From contig OX597817.1 in NCBI GenBank assembly GCA_951406725.2, positions 102,672,001 to 102,736,000 of the forward strand: a stretch of DNA of 64,000 bases, written 5' to 3'. The position numbers were made by a program, and so were the translations under genes. Origin of the DNA: Octopus vulgaris (lineage: Eukaryota). Position 1 is the stretch's first letter. Each line of letters starts with the position of its first letter. This document shows positions 25,471-38,744 of this stretch, piece by piece. The notes beneath the pieces were generated by a model. That model was not told the origin of the DNA and did no database searches. It was given only the letters and a program-made list of their open reading frames with translations.

Positions 25471-27162
25471 AGGCCTAATGAGTGTAGTTTATCTTAGGTT
25501 TTTTTGTTACCTGCAACATTCAAATTAGTCTAACTACAATACTTATGTTCTACTTTGAGACTGATTTAAATAATTTTCTATCAGCTTTCTTTGAAAACAG
25601 AAGAATGAGAGGGTACTTGTCCTCTGAAGAATGGTCAACAAACTGCAAAATATGTCATTGCAATTTTCTTTATTTTTCTCTCTATGAAGAGAGAAACAGG
25701 ATGTATTCACATGTGTTTAGAGTTCCACAGTGAGAGGCTTAAAAACTATAATTCAAATAATTGAAATTTATTATTGTTCTTGTTGTTACAGTTTTTATCT
25801 ACTGTCTCTCATCACTACTTTCACTGGTTAGAAGTACCACCCACTTCCCCTCCATGATTAGTATTAGGAAGAGCAACTAATTATAAAACACTTACTTTGG
25901 ACAGTTGCGCAAATACTTAAATATGTTAAATCATACCTCATACGTTAGCATAGAAAAAAGAATAAAGAAATAAAAGTATATTTCAAAAACTGCAACCCTG
26001 TTTCCATCTGGTAGACATAACATATTTCACAATTTCATTTTCCAACCTTCAGATAGCCAACATAAAAGAAAGTAAAAGTGAAAGAACGTCTAAAAATACT
26101 TTTTCTATGACTAAGTATTAATATTACAGGGTAGGGATTTTATTATTTTTTTATTTTGTTTATTATTTTTGTAATGGAATTTGGTTCTCTAAAAAAATAA
26201 ATGAATAAAATGAAAATTATTAAAGGAAAGACAAGAGTGAATTATTAAAGATAAATGTGGCAGGAAAAAATGTTGAACAAGTTTCCAAATGTAGGAAACT
26301 GAAAAGAATGAAATGTTTAGGTATTTAGGATAGTAAAACAAATGATAATGTTGAATCAATACTTTACTATATAAAATGTGATAATGTAGGCACAATGATA
26401 TTCAGTAACAATGAAAGAAGAAAAACAACAGTATTACTACTGTATGATACTGTCATATAAAACTTTAGAATGGAACAAAGAGGCTTTGAGTTGGTTTGAT
26501 TGAAAGGTCAGCCATTCAAAGAATGACTGCACTCATATACATGTCCATTTACAAAGTGAGTTTTGGTAGAGGAACCAAGTTTCCTCATAGAACCATGAAG
26601 TTGCTAAAAGCTACTGATGGATTGCTACTAGAATTAGTGACACAGTTAGCAAACCAAAACAACTTATCACAATAAGATAACACATCTTTAAACAATTAGT
26701 TCCTGCCACAGATTCTAAAGGTTGAGAACCCAAATATTTCCTTTAAAGAATTACTATTCCATAGCAGACCTTCCTGGTTTATAATACACCCCCACAGCGT
26801 GCTGTTCAATGCAGCCAGCCCACTCTTATATCAAATGAAAGAAACTATTATGCAACATGTACAGAAGTGGGTAAATTAATATATTACTTGCAAATATTTA
26901 GTAACTCTTAATCAGCTCACTTGCTCCCAATTTTTTAGGTCCAAAATAATACATTTTTCATTTCATATTTGCTGCAGGAATTATTCCCCCTTTACCCTTG
27001 CATCACTATCAGGCAACATCATATTTCTGACATGTCTTTCGTTTGTTGTTCATATGAACAAATGATTGCTGTTTTTCTTGTTACTAGAGCAATGGTCTGA
27101 AGTTATTACTTCATTTTGGGCAACTGCACATATATTTGGCTCAATGGCAGCTCATGTAAATC

Positions 27163-27572
27163 CTTTTTCTTTTACTTGTTTCAGTCAGTAGACTGTGGCC
27201 ATGCTCAGGCACTACCTTGAGGAATTTTTAGTTGAATGAATCGACCACAGTACTTCTTTTTTAAAACCCGGTGGCTTATTCTCTCACTCTCTTTTGCCAA
27301 ACCACTAAATTATAGGGGCATAAACACACCAAAACCAGTTGTCAAGTGGTGCAGTGGGGGACAAACACAGACACAAAGATACACACATAGATATATATAC
27401 ACATATATGATGGGCTTCTTACAGTTTTCATCTCATGTCTACTCACAAGGCTTTGTTCTGCTCAAGGCTATAGTAGAAGACACTTGCTCAAGGTGCCACA
27501 CAGTGGAACTGAACCTGGAACCATGTGCTTGAGAAGCAAACTTCTTACCACACAGCCATGCCTGCTCCTAGC
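27163..27572 (-). mobile_element. SINE family B
   Basis: Reverse complement of 47268-47690. Confidence 0.8.
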
Positions 27573-29250
27573 CATACAGCATCGTCTGTTCATATTTTAT
27601 TGAAGGCAGAAAAAAATTTCTCAATCTTACAAGATTTGTCTAATTCAATTTAGTTAGATCTTTTATTTAAAACTTTTGAAAGGCACTTTATTGATGGCAA
27701 GAAAATAAGAAGAACTGCAATCAATAATTTTTTTCCTGAAAATCTGTGATTTATATCCCTTCTTCCTCCCTCAAAGCTAATTAAGTCACTAAATTAGTGG
27801 AATATTAACATGCAACAATTTACTATATGAAATGATTTACATACATACTCCAGATGCATAGAAAAACTTCTGTATCAATGTAAGTTAAGAAGAAATAAAT
27901 GAAGAATCAAGTGAAATGAAACCAAAGTCTGCAATAAAAAAAACTATAAAAGGAGTTCAGTAAAGGGTCTGTTACTACAGCTGTGGCTGACAGTAATATT
28001 GAAAATGAAACACACAAAGTTCTTTTTCTTCCTCTTCACATTTGTCCTGATGGCAGCAACATCAACCGATTCTAAACTGAAGCATTTTTTATTTATCAAA
28101 TATCAACCACTTACACAAAATTATATGGCATCTTTGAAATAAGATATTTATGTTTTTTAGTATACATGTGTGTGTGAGTGTGTGTATATGCATGCATGTG
28201 TGTGTTTGTATGTGTACGCGCATGTGTGTGTATAAGTGTGTATGTGTGTGTGTGCGTGTGTGTATAGAAGGAGGAGCATAAGGGTGCATGGGTGAATGTG
28301 TAAGAAAGATAAGGCTAGAGAGAGGTAGGATGGAAGGAACAGAAGGGATAAAGTGACAAGAAGCTGTGAAATAAGTGTATTTAATTATTTTAGAACAGTT
28401 GCAAGTGAAATAATCAGTGTAATTACAAGTGTCATTAAGATATGTTTTATGAGAGGAAGTTTTCCAATATATTTTGTTATCTAAAATGGCACTAATAAAT
28501 GGGGGAGATACATTCAATCTAACCTTTAGATAAAATTAATAAAATGAAATACTATTTGTGCCAGGCTTTAAATATAAAGGGGTGGTTCCTAGACAGTATT
28601 GAAGTTTTACTTTTTTCTATGTCATATTCCTTTAGCATGAGTTGAAAGGTTGTGTAAGTATAGATAAGTGCATGATATAGTTAAACTATACAGCCCTTAC
28701 TGATTATACAGCCAGTTCTAAACTAAATTATGGTAGCATAATCTTTTGTATTCAGCAATTAATCTCTTCTAATGGAGGCACAAGACCTAAAATTTTGTTG
28801 GGTCGGGCTAGTCAGTTACATCACCCCAGTGCTCAGCTGCTACTTATTTTATTGAACCCAAAATGATGAAAGGCAAAGTCGACCCCAGCAACATCTGCTC
28901 AGCTAGGAGCAAAGTGTTTTTCAGCTATAGAATGTAAACAAGTAAGACTTGAATTATTGAATTAGTAATGAAGCAGGTTACTTGAAATTAAGCACTGTTC
29001 CACCACTTTTAGGTGTAAACAGAAATCAAGTGTGGTTCATTACAGGACCATCTTAGCAGCATTACAGGCCCCTATAATATTGACAAAGCATACATAGATC
29101 AGAAGCGGCACCCTAGACCTGTGGGATGCCTGGGCTATTGCTTTAAGACAAGTGCTGGTTTATTATGGAAGATACCAGAACATAATCATAATAAACAGTA
29201 AACAGCTATTGTTTAGTTGCAGTGTCATAATATTTTTTTTTCTGGGGCTA

Positions 29251-29443
29251 GGGTGGTGAGCTGGCAGAGTTGTTAGCATGATGAACAAAATGCTTAGCAG
29301 CATTTTGTCCATCTTTTTTATCTGAGTTCAAATTCTGCTTGGGTTGACTTTGCCTTTCATCCTTTCAGGGTCAATAAAATAAGGATCAGTTTCTCACTGG
29401 AGTTAATGTAATCAACTTACTCTTGCCAAAATTTGAAACCAAT
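29251..29443 (+). mobile_element. SINE family A
   Basis: GAGCTGGCAGAG.TGTTAGC..GAGTTCAAATTCTGC..TTTGCCTTTCATCCTTTC. Confidence 0.8.
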
Positions 29444-29485
29444 ATTATAGAGGCCAAAACTGCATTGCAATAATTAGACTTTATA

Positions 29486-31115
29486 TAATAATAATAATAA
29501 TAATTGTGTACAGTGCTCAGGTGCACTACAACTCATCTAAAGTGTATATATAATCAGGTGTAGTTTCGACGGATTTCAGGAAGCATGAGGGCCTTAAAGG
29601 ATGCAGTGTCATGGCAGTCAACAACTGATGCAGGCAGTTTATTCCATGCTTCAGCAACCCTGAGCGTGAAAAATGTTTCCGAAAGTCATGGGAGCTGTGC
29701 TGTTTTCTGACTTTGTAGGCATGTCCACGTGTGTTAGACACATGGAGATCAAAAAGGTGTTCAGTGTTGTTGTTGGTGAGGTGGTTGATAACCTTGTGGG
29801 TGTTTACCAAGTCCGTCGCCAGACGCCGGAGCTTCAGTGAATCCATGCTCAGGGAAACAAGGCGCTCAGAATATGGTAGGTGTCTAATGGAGGGTATGCG
29901 TTTGGTTGCACGTCTCTGGACAGATTCCAGGAGGTCAATGTTCTGAGCAAGATAGGGATTCCAAACTGATGATGCAAATTCCAAGTGTGGTCGTACCATA
30001 GCTGTATACAGTTTTAAATAGATGGCTGGAGAGCGGCTAACAAAAGTCTTGCTGAGTGATGCCAAGACACCCTCGGCCTTCTTGACAATTTTAGAGATAT
30101 GCTTTGTCCAACGCAAATCACTGCTGACAGTGATGCCTAGGTCACGCTCGCAAGAGGATTTCTTGATATCAGTGTTGTGGAGGGAGTATGTGGACGCAGG
30201 GTTTTTCTCCCAAAATGCATGGTGGTACACTTGTCCACAGCCAGTTTCAGTTGCCAGTCTGTGATCCATTGCTGCATTGTGTCTAGGTCTGATTGCAGGA
30301 AAGAGTTGTAGACATCAGGATCAGTCCTCTTGATTTCAAGGTACAGCTTGATGTCGTCTGCATATTTCAATACTGTGGCATTCTTTAAATTGGCATCTAT
30401 GTCATTAATGTATGCCACAAACAGGAGGGGACCAAGGACAGATCCCTGTGGTACACCCGATGACATCTCATATGGTGTAGAGTGCTGTCCTAGAACTGTG
30501 ACTACCTCCTTTCGGCTGAGGATGAAGGATTTCAACCAGTTAAAAAGGTCATCGCCCACACCCATTGCAGAGAGTTTCACCATAAGCCTTTTGTGTGGCA
30601 CAGAGTTGAAAGCCTTAGCAAAGTCAAGGTAGACAACATCCACCCATGAGCCACTGTCAGTGATCTGAGTAATGTCCTCAAGGAACTCGACAAGCTGGTC
30701 ACTGCAGCTGGAGTTAGGGACAAATCCATATTGTGAGGGTCGGATGAGACTGTGAGAGCTCCAGAAGTTCCAGAGTGTTTCTCTGACACACGATTCCATC
30801 AGTTTTGCAATACAGCTAGTGAGACTGACTGGGTGATAGTTGACAGGTGATGTGCGATCACCCTTTTTGAACAGAGGAATGACACTGGCAGTTTTCCACT
30901 GCTCTGGAGTAGCACCATTGTTGAGACAGTACTGGAAGAAAATAGAAAGCTGGTGTAAAAGGAAGTGCCTGCCACGTTTGAGAAGCAGGTATGTAACTCC
31001 ATCGAGACCAGGGGAGGCATAGTTGCGCTTATTTTGAAGGTGACATCGCAGCATTGCAGGTGTAAATTCCTTAGTTGTTATGGAGTTTGCTGTTAGTGAT
31101 GGTGAAGATGGTACT
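29486..31115 (-). mobile_element. 5'-truncated CR1/L2-group LINE (RT), two frameshifts, (TTA)n tail
   Basis: SPGLDG, PLFKKGD..NYHPVSLTS, YLDFAKAFNSVPH, SGVPQGSVLGPLLF, YADDIKL, ERDLG, VRPHLEFASSVWNP, LESVQRRATK, NTRGH (ORFs 30137-31054 and 29526-30269). Confidence 0.92.
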
Positions 31116-31442
31116 TTCTCTTTGGGTCCAAATATACATCAATCATATGGCAGTAAATTAGTGGAGGCATTAAAGTATGAGACTGAGTGCTTTGTGGTGG
31201 TACCCATTTTGGTTCCCTACAGTTTGTTCAAATTCCACCAAGATCAACTTAGTCTCTCATTCTTTTGGGGTCAATGAATACAATACCAGTCAAGCACTGA
31301 AGTCAATTCTTTATTTTCTCCTCCTCCACTGCAATCACCACCACCAATACCTCCTCTTCCTCCCCTTCTTCTCCTCCTTCACATTCTCCTCCTCCTCCCT
31401 TCTACTCCTCCTTCACCTCCTCCTCTTCATCCCCCTTCTTAT

Positions 31443-31491
<49 letters not shown>

Positions 31492-31829
31492 CTCCATATG
31501 TCCTGACACAAATCCTACCACTTCATCAGGAGTTGAAGGCCCAAGGAGAAAAATAATACATCAGTCAGCTATGAAAATTTACTAAATCTCCACAAAGCAC
31601 AAGTGCAACTAACAGAGAATTGTTCACATATCTGTGGTAGATTACCTGTTGTACTCATTAACAATTTAGATTACACCCCAAAAGGAAAGCTTTACTTACA
31701 AAGTACAACACAGCTGGAATATAATGTAATTTCTTCCCCCTCCCTTTCCTTCAGTATCTCTTTTGTTCATGCTGTAGCAGTTCCCTTACCACTAGATGCA
31801 TTCTCTTCTTCCCTTTTCATCATCCACTA

Positions 31830-32165
31830 ACTGGCAGTCCATCGATTATGATGATGAGTGTTCCAGTTGAACTGATCAACGGAACAGCCTAAACATCTCT
31901 CCTAATCTACTCCCCACTGCCCAAACACGTAAGTGGCTGAGCTCTCCACAGACATGTGTACCCTTAACGTAGTTCTCTGTGAAATTCAGTGTGACATGGA
32001 ATGTGACAAGGCTGACCCTTTGAAATATAGGTACAACTCATTTTTGCCAGCTGAGAGGACTGGAGCAATATGAAATAAAGTGTCTTGCTGAAGGACATAA
32101 CGCACAGCTGGGAATCAAACTCATGACCTTACAAGCCAAATACCTGAACCACTAAACCATATACT
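31830..32165 (-). mobile_element. tRNA-derived SINE, degenerate
   Basis: Minus-strand head ATGGTTTAGTGGTTCAGG..GAGTTTGATTCCCAG; related to 48810-49025. Confidence 0.55.
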
Positions 32166-34090
32166 AAACACCTTGCCTAATCCACTCCCCATTGCCCAAA
32201 ACACAATTCTTTGGAACTCCCTTCAGCCTACACTCATCTTACAAGCTTCAATCAAGTTAAACATCAACTATATCAACCTTGCCAGCCTCGAGCAAATACA
32301 GAAGCCTTTACCTGGTCACCCATCCTGCAAAAAATACCTGCCAGATGTACTTAAATCATACCCTACCATCTTAAATAAGGAAGGGAATATTAGATAACGT
32401 CATTGTTGAAATGTTTTTGATTATAGGTCTGCTTGGTCAGGGACAACAGAAACAACTTCATGTGTCTGGTAAGGTCTACCAGGGTTATGGACACTGCTCT
32501 TCCTCATTGGACTTCTTAATAATAAAAAATAAATAAAGAAAAATCATATTTAAATTCCAAATAGACTTTTATATGTAAAAAATTCATAGAAACAGTGTAA
32601 ATAAGATTTAGCTTGTAATATCTATTATTGCAAGCTCTAAAGCATATACATTACATTAAATTTCAACACTTTGATAGTTAAATGATGTTTTAAAATGTTT
32701 CTTACTAAGAGGAGGCTGCTGTAAGAAACAAATCCAGTATAAATATGAAAATTACTTGATTTGAAACTTATGAAAAAGCAATCATATTACTCCTCCATGT
32801 GTGAAAATAATCAAAACAAAATCATAACCAGGCAAACACACATATTCTTAGAAATATTACTAAGTTGTATGAAGAAATAAAGAATAAGAAACTTTTTACC
32901 AGATGTCTGGAAAAAAATAAAGAAAATATAAATAAGACCTAGAAACTCAAGGCTGTATACATTTTTGCCTCTCGTTAAGTAATCATGTACCTGATAACCA
33001 TTTATTATAGCTCTACTAAATAAGAAATAAATGTATTGGTGTTGTATTTCTTTGTTCCGGAGGATATTATTCACAAGAAAAACGTACCAAAAGGCATCTG
33101 GTAGTGCAGGCCAAATTTATGGCAAGCCTATGTGGGTAGAGAAACATGAGGGGGGGGTATCATTAAAACAGTAAACAACTCAAGAGCTATTCTTTGCCAT
33201 TGATCAATTCAACATATGGTTTAATTGCTTTCTGAAGAAGAAACTGAGATTTGCCTGAGTGTAATTTATTAAAAACCAGCAGGTCTTCTTTGATGAAGAT
33301 TCCTTGAAACAAAATAGACCAGTCTTGAAAGAATTTATATAACAATTTTTTTGCTGGATAATTATAAAACGAGATTTATTGATCAACTGTGAGTATATCA
33401 AAGCTCTCTTTTAATTCTTTTATGCAACTTTTTATTTATTTTTTCATATTTTAGTTTCACTAAGCATATAATAAAACCAATGCTCAGGTTATACAATGTC
33501 TTCTGTTTTCCTATGTCATTGTAAATACATGTACAGCTATTACTATATATATTTTATTAGATTAAATATCATCTCATAGGCAGCTGAGTGAGGAAGATAT
33601 TTGATTTTTGATACAAAACTTCTTGAGTTGGGAGCATTGTGTAAATGCTCAGAGTGAAACACTTTTCACTACATTCTTTTTCACTCAGATAGAAATCAAA
33701 ACTTTCTCCTTGTTCTGTGGTTCATATTAAGAATATGGCATATTACATTCTTTACATATAAAACACATTCTCCAAGTCTTAAACCACTTCCTGCCATCTT
33801 GAATATAGAAGATAATATTGGATAATATCATCGTTAATATATAATAATTTACAACTGAAACATTGATGGGATGGTAGAAAATGGAATGCTGATAGGATAG
33901 GCACAGCTATAGCGCCTTTGTTTATAGGTCTGCTCAATCAAAGCTTATTTAAGGTTATATTACAATACTATAACAATCATGCATTCTCCAGTATTTTAAC
34001 AATTTTTCTAATAATCATCTCTAATTTTCAGGAAGTACATGGCACCCCACTAACATTAATCAGCTAGTACAATCTCAGACTGAACAACTA

Positions 34091-34307
34091 TGAGGGGTTG
34101 CTGAAAAGTTCCTGGCTTTAGATAAAAGAAAATGCAAGAAGATCAGTTAAGTATGATTTTATTCAACATATTCCCCTCTCAGATTCACACACTTATTGCA
34201 GTAGTCCTTCAGTTTTTCTAAGCCCTGTAAAAGAGCCGGGAAGGTTGGGCCTCCAACCAGTCTTTTCACAATACCCTTAAAGCCAGGAACTTTTCAGCAA
34301 CCCCTTG
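34091..34307. mobile_element. Mariner-derived MITE with TA target duplication
   Basis: TA|TGAGGGGTTGCTGAAAAGTTCCTGGCTTT ... AAAGCCAGGAACTTTTCAGCAACCCCTTG|TA; second copy at 55975-56190. Confidence 0.88.
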
Positions 34308-34721
34308 TATCACACTTCATTGAGAAAGCTGAAAAATAAATAATCTGAAATCCCATGTAAACCAGTGTTCCTTGCTTAGTTAATATATTATCAGGAATAA
34401 TCCCCAATAAGTTAGCCTCTATGTGATCGTTTAAACTGTTACAAATAGCAGCCAAATTTCATCCTACCATTGTAAAAACAGAAGGACACTGTACATTAAT
34501 AAATGTCCTTCATGATCCATAGTTCAAACGGTCAGTTTCTCAGATCCTGTGGTGTATGTATATTCCCACTGGACTGAACACTGATTTGTCACACAAATAG
34601 TCATTTTTGCCATTCGAGTGGACTTGAAATGAAGAGATTTGCTCAAGAACACAATGCATCACGGAACCACTAAACCACACACCTCTGCAATGTGCATGCA
34701 TGTGTGCTAGTGTGTGTGTGT

Positions 34722-34809
34722 AGAGAGAGAGAGAGTGAGAGAGAGAGACAGACAGAGAGAGACAGACAGACAGATAGACAGACAGGCAGAGACAGATAGA
34801 CAGATAGAC

Positions 34810-34852
<43 letters not shown>

Positions 34853-34857
34853 CAGAC

Positions 34858-34919
<62 letters not shown>

Positions 34920-34958
34920 GTAGGTAGGTAGGTAGGTAGGTAGGTAGATAGATAGATA

Positions 34959-35006
<48 letters not shown>

Positions 35007-35035
35007 GTAGATAGATAGGTAGGTAGATAGATAGG

Positions 35036-35115
<80 letters not shown>
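34722..35115. repeat. Compound (GA)n/(GACA)n/(GATA)n/(GGTA)n microsatellite
   Basis: Direct reading; source of the 'LSIY' ORFs. Confidence 0.95.
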
Positions 35116-35116
35116 C

Positions 35117-35628
35117 AGGCATGGCTGTGTGGTAAGAAGTTTGCTTCCCAACCACATGGGTTCAGTCCCACTGTGTAGCATTCTTCTACTATAAACCCAG
35201 GCCAACCAAAGCTTTGTGAGTGGATTTAGTAAACAGAAACTAAAAGAGGCTCATTTTATATATACTAGCAGAGATACCTGGTCTTGCTCGGGATTAAAAT
35301 AGCATAGTTTGGTCCTGTACTGGTGGCATGTAAAAAGTACCATCCATATGTGGTCGATGCCAGTGGTGGCTGACTTGTCCCATGCCGGTGGCACGTAAAA
35401 AGCACGGGTACCACCTGACTGGCCCTTGTGCCAATGGCACGTAAAAAGCACCCACTACACACTCAGTGTGGTTAGCATTAGGAAGGGCATCTAGCTGTAG
35501 AAACTTTGCCAGACCAGATTGGAGCCTGCTGCAGCCTTCTGGCTTGCCAGCCCTCAGTCAAACCATCCAACTCATGCTAGCATGGAAAATGGACGTTAAA
35601 CGACTATGATGATGATGATGATGATGAT
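35117..35628 (+). mobile_element. SINE family B head with an alternative body and (GAT)n tail
   Basis: GGCATGGCTGTGTGGTAAGAAG head; GGCA.GTAAAAAG repeats; 3' GCATGGAAAATGGACGTTAAACGA followed by (TGA)n. Confidence 0.7.
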
Positions 35629-35857
35629 ATATATATATATATAAATGGATGAATGAATTATCCTTTGTTTACCGTTAACATTAAACAGTTACCAAGGTAG
35701 CAAAATTCACGTAAGTAACAAGGATGCAGCGACCTATTCAAAGGTAGAAACTCTGGGTTAATGTGCAGTAATTTGTATAGTATAAATAAATGGAGTTGAA
35801 TACAGATGTTATTCAAATTCTTTGAATAACATCTGCGTTCAACTCCATTGATTTACT

Positions 35858-35965
<108 letters not shown>

Positions 35966-37871
35966 ACTTATAAACAAGGGCAAAATAAAAAAAATTATAA
36001 TGCCAAATATGCCGAAAATAGACTTAAATCGTCAATAACCATATAATTCATCACTATAAGCACGCGTCTCGAAGTAACCCGACAGAAATTTCTAAAGAAT
36101 TTCGTTATTATCGTATCGGCCCCGATTTCAGAGTTAATTCATAAGAATTTTCTCCTCGACAGCGATAAATATTGTAAGAAATAAATGAAATACTATAAAG
36201 TTTTAAAATTTACTTTTTAAAAAAAATTACAAAAAATAAGGAAAACTATAGCTTAACTTGTTTTATTAATCATATTGTTTATAATAATGTTATGAATAAC
36301 AGTTCTTTCAGTCAAAGTATCATTGTAGATATTATAAAATTATATTTTCAAAAGTCCACGGCACACAGAGATACTTCTTTCAGTACACTATTTCAAAGTG
36401 GCATACCATTGAAGAATTACTGCGTTAAAGTATATTTCTTCCATTAAGGTATAACTGCATTCTCTTTAGGCTCTGCAAACTAATTATTGATTATAATTAT
36501 TTTTCTTCCTTTATACATGCTTGGATAAGATGTCAGTGTTATATTTTGCTTCAGCGTGTTTTACAAATGTAGATTAATCACTCATTAAACCTATGCTCTT
36601 TCTCTCGAGGAAAGGGTCTTTTAATGTTAAGAGAGAGCTAAACTCAGCAGCACCCTTAGCTAAGGAAACATTCATCAATTTCATTAAAAGTTCCCTTTTC
36701 ATAATCAGATTTGAAAGAATTTAGCTTTTGAATGTTATTTTGATTGCAACATTCTAAACCATATACAAAATAAACCTTACTTGGATGACTGACAAGGGCT
36801 CTCTCATCCACAAATCAAGCCCTAGTATAGTGGTTCTCAACCATTTTTTACCCATGGAATCCTTTGATTTCCATTGGTTGGACCTTTATAGTGATTTGAT
36901 GATTTTTAAAAATCCAATTATATCGGTGTAGGCATGGCTATGTAGTAAGACGCTTGCTTCTCAAACACATGGTTCTCAAACACATGTTTTGCTGCAAAAC
37001 GCTATAGCAACTTTTCTTTTGCACCTCTCTGCTCTTCCTCTCAAATAAAATGTGCCGCAACCAGACTGTCCTGTGAAGTGACTCTTTTCAGAAAGTCTCA
37101 TTTCAGATAAAGCCATTACATCTATGTCACATCGCTGCAGCCCCTTTATTACGATCTGTTTTCAGGGTGCGTTGTAGGGGATTCATAGTCTAATAAGGAA
37201 CGAATATTCCAGCAACCAGCATTCGAAGGTCTGAACCTTCTCGCAATAACAAGATGAAAATCGGACCCAGACAACGGTACCCTGGGACACTTGCTGAACT
37301 GGGCCCTTTCACTATCCATTCCAGACCCCTATTTCCATAAATCAGTGAATTATTGTCATTTTGTATTAAAAGTTTCACCTTCTTTTGGATACAGTCAGTC
37401 AAATTATGCAACATATAGAAATGTTAATACAAATGTTAAGAAATCAAACGGTGTGCGTCTGAAACTTTTAAAATGAGGAAATGTCTTACACAGAGACAAT
37501 CCTACTTTCTGAACAACGTATGCATTTACCCAGAAATAGGAATTAGTCTACATCATTGAAGGCAAACGACGTCGCAGGAATTATATCAGTTTTCGTTCTC
37601 CTATACAGTTGTTTAAAGAAAGACTAGGGTGTCACTCACACCCAGCGGGCTTTCATTGAGTTTTACGCTTTATCATGCATAAATATGCATTTTCTGTTGG
37701 ATGACCGTTGACTTTACAGCAGCAAAAATCACTTTCCTTACCAAGCAGGCTTGATGGGGCTGCTGGTGTAGTCTCGGCAATAACACGACTACAGGTTTTA
37801 CTAGGTTACATGTTACCAGTACAACTAAGAGTCACGTCGCACACATACAACATCCAATATATATATACCTC

Positions 37872-37905
<34 letters not shown>

Positions 37906-38695
37906 TGTGTGTGTGTGTACATATATGTATATATACATACATATATGTACATACCTACATATGTACATATACATGCATATATGGGTACAGGACATAAAAA
38001 AAACGTAGGCAAAATGAGAAACGAGAACATAAAAAACAAAAACATAGAAAACGAACTTTTTTCGAGCAACGAAAGAAACAAATAGGGAAACGAAATAGGC
38101 GACACAAAGAACATTCTCTTCGTCAGTTTTCCTTTTTTTATCTACTCAAGTTTCGAAGGAAGGGACAAGACGCGACTTCGTTAAAACAGTCCTTCCCGCA
38201 AAGCAAATTAAATAAAATTTGGGATTTTTTGCGGAGAGTTAAAGTGGGAACAAAAACAGGACAGTAAGAACAAAACAGTAAAAATAAACGGTGAGGGCTG
38301 TTAAGCCAAGACGATGTGAAGTGGTGAACGCTGGAAAAACGAGCTTTGAGAAGAGATAGGTAAAAGCACGTCTTGTCTTTAGGAAGGAAGTGGAAGAAAG
38401 AAAGATAGCCGTTGGAAACGTGTGAGCAACGAGAGAGTCAAGGAGGAAGAGTGAGAGAGAGAAAGAGAGAGGGAACGGTGAAGGGGAGGAGAAGAGTAGG
38501 GAGAGGTTGGAAGAGAAAAGCAGAAAGGAAGAACTAGATAGGGAGACAGATACAAAGAATAAGAGTGCGCATCGGAATTATTAAGATAAAACTCACTTGG
38601 AAATGGATGCGTGGCGTTCGATCATATATTAATATAAATAATATATAAATATATGCATATATACATACATATATGTACATACCTACATATATAAG

Positions 38696-38744
<49 letters not shown>

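Noticed and set aside
26700-27700. hAT/Charlie transposase remnant on the minus strand split by a SINE
   Set aside because: Only faint similarity (TDDA..ITSDHC); not supportable without a profile search.
36995-37475. Tc1/mariner C-terminal remnant
   Set aside because: The resemblance is vague, with no intact motif or matching TIR.
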